The notes under the pieces: generated by a model
Seen by the model: the letters and a program-made list of their open reading frames with translations, nothing else
Databases searched by the model: none
Told to the model about the DNA's origin: nothing
Made by a program: the position numbers and the translations under genes
In this document: positions 56,815 through 64,000 of the stretch, piece after piece
Layout of the letters: every line of letters starts with the position of its first letter
Position numbering within the stretch: the first letter of the stretch is position 1
DNA from: Eledone cirrhosa
Lineage: Eukaryota
Direction: 5' to 3'
Length of the DNA: 64,000 nucleotides
Assembly (NCBI GenBank): GCA_964016885.1
Contig: OZ024745.1
Coordinates: 69,812,001 to 69,876,000 of the forward strand

Positions 56815-57035
56815 TGTGGTAGATTGGCAATATCGGTAGAATGTCAGACACCATGCTTCCCGCCATAGAGTTACGGCCCTTTACATTCTGATTTCAAATC
56901 CTGCTGAGGTTAGCTTTGCCTTTCAGCCTTATGAGGTCGATAAAATAAAGTACCAATAACGAACTGGGGTCGATATGATCGATTTCCCCTCCCCAAAATT
57001 TGTTGGTCCTGTGCCTAAAGTAGAAACAATTATTT
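56815..57035 (+). mobile_element. tRNA-derived SINE (same family as 23900-24091)
   Basis: GATTGGCAATATCGGTAGA…TTCAAATCCTGCTGAGG…GTCGATAAAATAAAGTACCAA…AGAAACAATT. Confidence 0.8.
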
Positions 57036-57212
57036 GATGTTGGTAGTTAAATCAAACAAACATACAAACATAAAACATACACTCATATAGACAAACACAT
57101 ATAATGTTGGATATTCGATAGAGAGACACTCACGTTGTGAATAGTGCCTTTTACAGACCGAGTGCATGTCATTTTGAAGCATTGCCATGAGTAAACTAAA
57201 CATTAGCTAAGA

Positions 57213-60200
57213 CTAGCTGACGTACCCAGCCAATACTTGTTGGTTTGTATTGCTCATTATCGACAATAAATGACATTGAACAGAAATGATAACTCTGTCA
57301 AAGCTCACAATACTGATCAAAGGACACCAATGTCTGAATCATTTACGTCGAATATTCATAGCAGTGAAGGCAATTTCTACCAATACTTGTTGGTATTTAT
57401 TGCGCAACATAGCAGTGAAAGCAATTTTTACCAATACTTGTTTGTTTTTATTGCTCATAACGACATTAAATGACATTGAACAGAAAAGATAACTCTGTCA
57501 AAGCTCACAATGCTCACAATGCTGATCAAAGGACACCAATGTCCGAATCATTTACGTCGCTTATTGATAGCATTAAAGATATACATACATCAGCTCAAAG
57601 CTTCATTATAGACAATATTCAGGGTTGTTCCTCTGTTAGTGGTATCAATTGCTAATTTTATACCATCAGGATCGCACACTCGAGATGCAGCAACATACAA
57701 TTGCCCATGGCTGAATGCTGGATCATTCAAGTAGACACCGACTCGCTTGAAAGTCTGTCCATGTGCCTTTTTGACAGACATGGAGAAGGCCAAATTGACG
57801 GGAAACTGTCTCCTTTGCCAAATGAATGGCAGCAGATCTTCACTTGGTCTCAGCATGGTCCTCGGAATGAGAACCGATTCCTCTCTGCCTGGGAGTTTAG
57901 CTTCTAAAACACTTCCGTTAATCAATCTCTCAACAATCAATCTGGTACCATTGCAAAGATCCATTTTATGATTGATATTTCTAAGCAATATAATCGGCAT
58001 ACCCTTTTTCAACCTCAAAATATGTGGGGGAAATCAGGGTATTTGAAGTGAATTCAGATACTCAGTCGGAACATCCATATTGTTCTGCTGATTAGGCTCC
58101 ATTGCATCCGCACTGACGGTCAACCATTCCACTCCAGGAAACATTCCGGTTACTTGTGAATTTATTTCATCAACTGTTGCATTCATATGAGTTAGAATAA
58201 CGAGTTCCGATATCCAGGAGATATTCTGCAAAAAAGCATTCAAATTAGGGAACACCCAGTCAATCAATGCTTGGCGGTCCAGTGCCTTGACCAAATGTTC
58301 TGGGATTCTTACATCTGATTATCACCAACGTGTGGCAATTCATCGTTTCCCAACTGCATCAACCATCGACCGTATGTCTCAGCCTCTTCGTTTTGCCCGA
58401 ACATACGAAGTCGCATATTATCGTGTAATCTCAAAACTCTGAAATGGCGCCACAACAGGGACTTTTTCAGACATGCATCGACAACTTGCGCTCTTTGAGC
58501 ATTCATAACAATTGGTAGCACCTGTCTGAATCGCCACCAAGAACGATAGTCTTACCACCGAATGGCAGGTCACTACCGCAGATATCTCTCAAAGTTCTGT
58601 GCAATGCCTCCAGCAAATATCTGTGTGCCATCGGTGCCTCGTCCCAAATAATCAGAGACGTATTGCGCATAAAGCTGCGAGTTCACTCAACTCATCCGGA
58701 GCCAATCGAGCCTTGAAGCATGAGTGGAAGGTCCTTCCACCACTCAGCAAAGTGGCAGCGATCCCACTGGTGGCCACAGGGAGAGCAATCTTCCTCTGAG
58801 CTCTGACTGCCGATAACATAGTGTTGAAACAGAATATCTCTCCGGTGCATCCTGGAGCATCTATGAAAGCACAAAGCTGCTCATTAGTGGAAATCGAGTG
58901 GATAACGCCATCGAGTCAATTCTCTCTGAGAATGGGTCAACATTGGCATACGTTCATCCACAATACGTTGCTGTTCCAGTGGATCAAACTGGAATAGTTC
59001 CCTCCGATCGAGTGGCAACGGTCTAAACTGCAATCTCATGTTCAATTCTAAGACACGTTGCCGCATTTCTTCATCAGGAATTGGCAAATTAAATCTGTTA
59101 AACATGTGAAATGAACTTCAAGCAGTTGCTCAATATTGAGCAAAACAATAGCTTTCATCAAATTTTTATCATCGACCTGAAGATGATGCCTAAAATCATC
59201 AGCCATAATTCCCCAATGGAGTTCAAATAACTCTCTTGGATCTGCAGGATTGCAGAATCATAGAATCGTGACAAACAACTGCCTTATTTGAGCTGGCATC
59301 TGTGTTGTTCCTGCAGCTTCCATAGCGTTATTCCATTCAGCGTCATCCTGAAGGTGTCCCAGATGCTGACATACAACCTGTTATGTTTCATATTCCACGC
59401 CATTGATTGTTTTTAAATCAGCGAAGCTCTGTTTACCTCTCTAAAAATCATTATGCAACAGAATTCGGAGATAAACACATCACCAGATGCTGGATGGACA
59501 TTACAAACCCGTCCAATAGTCATGAATCTCAACTTTTGTTTTCTATCATTCCCTTTCTTTCCCTTTTTTATCCCACGTATAGTGCGAAGGGAAATCGCAG
59601 TGGAGTTGCCTTTGATCCGGGTTCAAAGCATGTTCCCTATTATGCTTGAACCACTCAGTCAATTCCGTCTTAGGAGGTGGTCTGTTAGCAATTCTTTTGA
59701 CACCTCGTCTAGTGTCCTGAAAACAGACCATTTGCCTATCCTCTAAATGAACCGTCAGTTTCTTAACGCTTGGTTTGCGTTCATTGTGATCAAAATCGAA
59801 CAATCTGCAGCAAGCTTCGCTAGATCCAATCGAGCGAACATCACGGAACCTGCCAACTTCATTTCCTTGGTTCGCTTCCTCATTCCTGACATTGATCATT
59901 GCCCGATCATGACCTTTGTAAACATATTTGAATAGATATTTGCAAGCTTTCACTGAGCTACAAATTTCCACATTAATATGACAACTATATTTCATAATCA
60001 AATATGGATTGTATGGCACAACCCATTGATTTGTAACCTGTCAACCGTTTACATTTTCGACCAAACCGGCGACCGTCTTCTGTATGAGGGATGAGCATCC
60101 TCATCGTTCCAGGAAGTGTTCGTGACAAAAGATTTAGGAAGGTGCTTACTGCATTGGCCATTTTTCATGCAAGGTGCTTTCCAATTTGCCACTCCACATT

Positions 60201-62401
60201 GGTTGTGCACCATTGACTTTGCCACCAAGTTGCGTAGTGCACAATATCAATACGGTCCTTTGGCTGTTGTCCTGGCAAAAGTGCATCCTTAATATCAGTC
60301 CATTCAGGATTGCATGCAACCGTTATAAACAAATCTGGCTTTCCAAACTTTCTGACAATAGCCATTGCATCCTGATAGCGAATGTTCATATATCTCGGGC
60401 CGCCGATGAACGACGATGGCAAAATAATGCGTTGACCAATTTGCTTGTAATTGGCATCACCCGCTGTTATCGCATCCTGTATATTATTATACAATTCAGC
60501 TCTGATATGTTGCTGATGTGTAACTATATAATTTAGATTTTGATTTTGGATCTTTGCGAATGCCATACAACAGTATTCTTGGAACAATCTGCTGGCTTGA
60601 AATAGTGCATTTCTTTGTTGATTCCTCTCGTTAAAATGGAACGCGTAAAAGTCGCGAATCGAATTATTGTGTCTATTGCCACCTCCACGTTGATGCTGAT
60701 TCTCATGATCATCTAAATGAACAGACATGTTCCATCCATTTTCACCTTTTGGGAATAAAATAACATAATGCAATGGATCGTATGCCCTATTTGACTCATT
60801 GATAGTCTTGAGACCACCATCTCTGTGATTGAGGATGATATCTCTCAATCCAGGCTTATCGTCCATCAACACAGCAACTTCGCGAAATCGCCGTTCGTGT
60901 TGATTTCTTGGCACTGCGTCAGCCTTAATCACCAGTGTTTTCTGCTGAACATTTTGCAGTTCAGCCACCAACATGAAATCCATAACATAAGGATTACACT
61001 GTCTAGCCATGATTGCAAATCATGGATCAAATCACTTAACCTTTGCCGTTCAAGTTCAGTTATATTTCCCGGCAACTTCATCCAACCGATCCTGATATCC
61101 TCCTCCGATTCATTATAATCTGGATCGTTAACGGAAATTTGAGCCAATCGAGGCCTCTCTCCTGGGGTAACTTCTAAATTACTGATACAATAATACAAAG
61201 GGCCTTGAATGACTACATTCGGTTGCCCTGCTCCACTCTCAAACATCTCACTAACTCTCTACGATGCTAAAGCTAATGAATTGTTAATTTGCCGCGAATA
61301 TCTGCACAGCAATCTACTCTCGGTCTCCTTGATCATCCCACATACTTAGTATTTTAAACTCCGGTGACTCCTCATCATCCGGCATTCGCAAGGGTTCTAG
61401 TTGAACTGCTCCTTTATGACAGTACATTGTGGTCCACGTCTGTTCGTGCCTCCAAAGCAATGCTCCACAATGTGGACACTCTGTTTGTCCACCAATCTGA
61501 AAATGACACGGTTGCCATGATCCATTTTTAATATCATCCGTTCGCCTTCTAGCCTCTTTACTGGAATGAGGAGCACTTTGGCGACACATTCTCTGAACTT
61601 CTGTATTGCGCTGACGCTGTTCAGTCAGCTCCTCTTCATTCATCGCCGCTCGCCGTTGCTGCTGAATTCTGGCCATCTGCTGATGATGCTCAGCCAGTTC
61701 GACTTCAGCCATCGCAGCACGCCGTCGCTGCTTGGCTCCAGTGTTTCGTTGGCGTTGATCAGCCAGCTCCTCTTATTTCATGGCGGCACGTCTTCGTCTC
61801 TGAATTTCGGCGTTCCGATGGCGCTGCTCGGCCCGTTTTTCTTCATTGCTGGCTACACGCCGTCGCCGCTGTAGTTCACTGTTTGATAAAGTCGAATTGC
61901 TTTTATTATCAGTATTCATTTCGAGCAATTGTCAAAAAATGACACAATAATAGATATAAAAGATGTCCGTCAATGTAAAGAAATGTCCCTATTTACTCCC
62001 TTCACAACTCTGTGTATGTTAGACTGACAGACAGGCACACAGACAGATAAACTGCATGGCGATTGTGGAACGCCGCACACCTACACGCATGGAATCGAAC
62101 ACACGCACGCAAACTTAAACACGCACACACTCACACATGTTGATAGTTTTTACTTTCTGTGGAACGCTGCACGCACGCACACACACATAAACATACGCGC
62201 ACGTACATACACACGCACACATGTTAATAGTTATTGAACACAGCGTTCACACTCTCCCCTCTCACTTCCTCATTGGCATTATGCATATTAATTTCAGTTT
62301 GGCGTCGTTGAGGTGGGCGGAGTCGTTTGAAACCTATGAACCAATGATAATCGAGAATTATGACACACGGAATACTGACGTTCTTGAAATTAATAAATAG
62401 A
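57213..62401 (-). mobile_element. Decayed autonomous Helitron (Rep-helicase)
   Basis: 5' A|TCTATTTATTAATTTC at 62401; 3' …GGGTACGTCAG-CTAG|T at 57213. Subterminal tandem repeats at 57231-57560. Confidence 0.9.
57590..61920 (-). pseudogene. Helitron RepHel protein, fragmented
   Basis: N-terminal repeats (RAAMNEEEL..QR), CPHCGALLW zinc finger, YDPLHYVILFP, ILPSSFIGGPRYM, GKPDLFIT..CNPEW, KYLFKYVYKG; PIF1 motifs [33 protein letters not shown]. Confidence 0.93.
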
Positions 62402-64000
62402 TGTCTACAGATATAGACTACGGTTGTATATAATTCGTGAATATAAACATGTATTTTCTTTTAAATTAATGTATAACATATTTTCATTTAATTTATAAAC
62501 AAAGCAATGCTTATATAACCTTAAACCCCCCAAGAACTGATTCAGATTTGTTAATGGTTTCAGTCATTCAACACACATACACACGCGCGCGCGCGCGTGC
62601 GCACACATACGCACACGCACACACACACACACACACACACGCTCACCCGCTCGCGTACGCCTACCGCCCAAACTTTTCAAAAATTCCATGTACCTACCTG
62701 TTCTCCCCTTCGAACATACTGTAGCTGGAATTCAAATGTCTCAACATGTCATAAACTGTTACGCTAAATCTCCATGAACATTATGGTACGTGTAATTGTG
62801 TCTGTAAATTGCTCCATTGCATTTTAATTTATTGGACAGGTAGTTCTGTTAATTGAACAACAAGGCTCACCGCCGAAACAGATGGAAGTTTATTTCATAT
62901 ACGTTGTTTTCTCTCGGAATGACTGAATGCGCAAAAGATCCATTCACTCAAATATAGAGTGACGTTTTAATTTAAGGTTAGATAGGAATAGTATAGAGGA
63001 AAGTTATATCTGTAATTTCTGTTGAAGCAGAAACATCAAGGAAAATTAATTACACCAGGGAAAGGCATACTGATAAAAGGAAACAAATAGGAAGACATAC
63101 ATCTAGATTTCATTATTTTGGCTAGCTGATTCTGAATGAAACGTGTGAAGATAAATCTGACGGCAAATGCACAAATATTAATATTTAATCAGAAGATGCT
63201 GCTGTTGTTTTTTGTTAATTGGTAATGCATAAACACAGATGTAATTAATAGAAAACATAAATAGTTTTATGACTTTGAGGTCATTTTTTTTATTACCCGT
63301 GACTATATATGCATGTACTCCGTATGCTGATATATTTACTCAATTATTCATGACTATATCTGTCAGTCGGGCAAAGTAGCCTTTAGCTGGTAACCAACTG
63401 CCATCAGGATTTTCATCTCTAAACCAGTATCCTCCCGTTGGTAGATCGTCTTTGATGGCCAACTATTACCTATCTTCCTGCTTCCAATTGAATTACTCAC
63501 ACCTACTACAGAGCAACCTGACATTGATTGCTAAATATTACCTATCTTACGACTCTCAATTACAAATTCTTTGTTGATGTTTTTCTCAGCCTGCGAACAT
63601 CTCTCTTTCTAGGGTTTCCTTCTATAGCTAGATATGCATGCGTCTTATGCAAAGGCTATACCTGGAAACACTACACTGCCAGGCACAACTAGTATCTGTA
63701 CACTTTTGGAACAGCTCCTGGTATTTGGTGAATGATGGAACGATACCTTTCTATCAGCAAATGTTTCTATGATCTGCAGAATTATATCTTGGAACATTTT
63801 ATAATCTATAAGAAATATAGATTAAGCGGGTATAGAGAACATTCTGATCGAGCTTTCCATATAACATCTTGCACTTCTACATACGTTGTTTCACTTGTTT
63901 CAATTGAAATGGTCAGGTCTGCTGAGTATCTAAAATGTGCTTGGTTTTTATCTTTTCCACATGTGTTCGCTTTGAAGCAGTTCATCACAGCATCTTTATA

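Overview
AT-rich eukaryotic (animal) intergenic DNA made almost entirely of transposable elements and (TA)n/(TG)n microsatellites. No intact host gene is evident. The recurring tRNA-derived SINE (…TTTGCCTTTCATCCTTACGGGGTCGATAAAATAAAGTACCAGT…) and the TA load suggest an octopus/cephalopod genome (inference). Recognisable elements are Penelope-like retroelements (PLEs) of three types: Neptune-like, Naiad-like and Hydra-like, the last including an uninterrupted 716-aa RT/GIY-YIG ORF. There is also a full-length Gypsy LTR element (tRNA-Trp PBS, 4-bp TSD), a decayed autonomous Helitron, non-autonomous Helitrons, CRE-type and RTE LINE fragments, and SINEs. The most interesting signal is about a dozen PLE-derived inserts in (TA)n tracts that share one asymmetric inverted-arm architecture, most carrying type I hammerhead ribozyme (HHR) motifs. 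Several of these HHRs have a mismatch in place of the canonical 10.1-11.1 pair, and most of those also have a very long stem-loop II. The set includes a ~525-bp non-coding, tandem-junction, retrozyme-like unit and mini-palindromes that fold back exactly at an HHR hairpin. A separate unassigned repeat carries a covarying three-way-junction RNA motif. All calls were made by eye, with no database searches.
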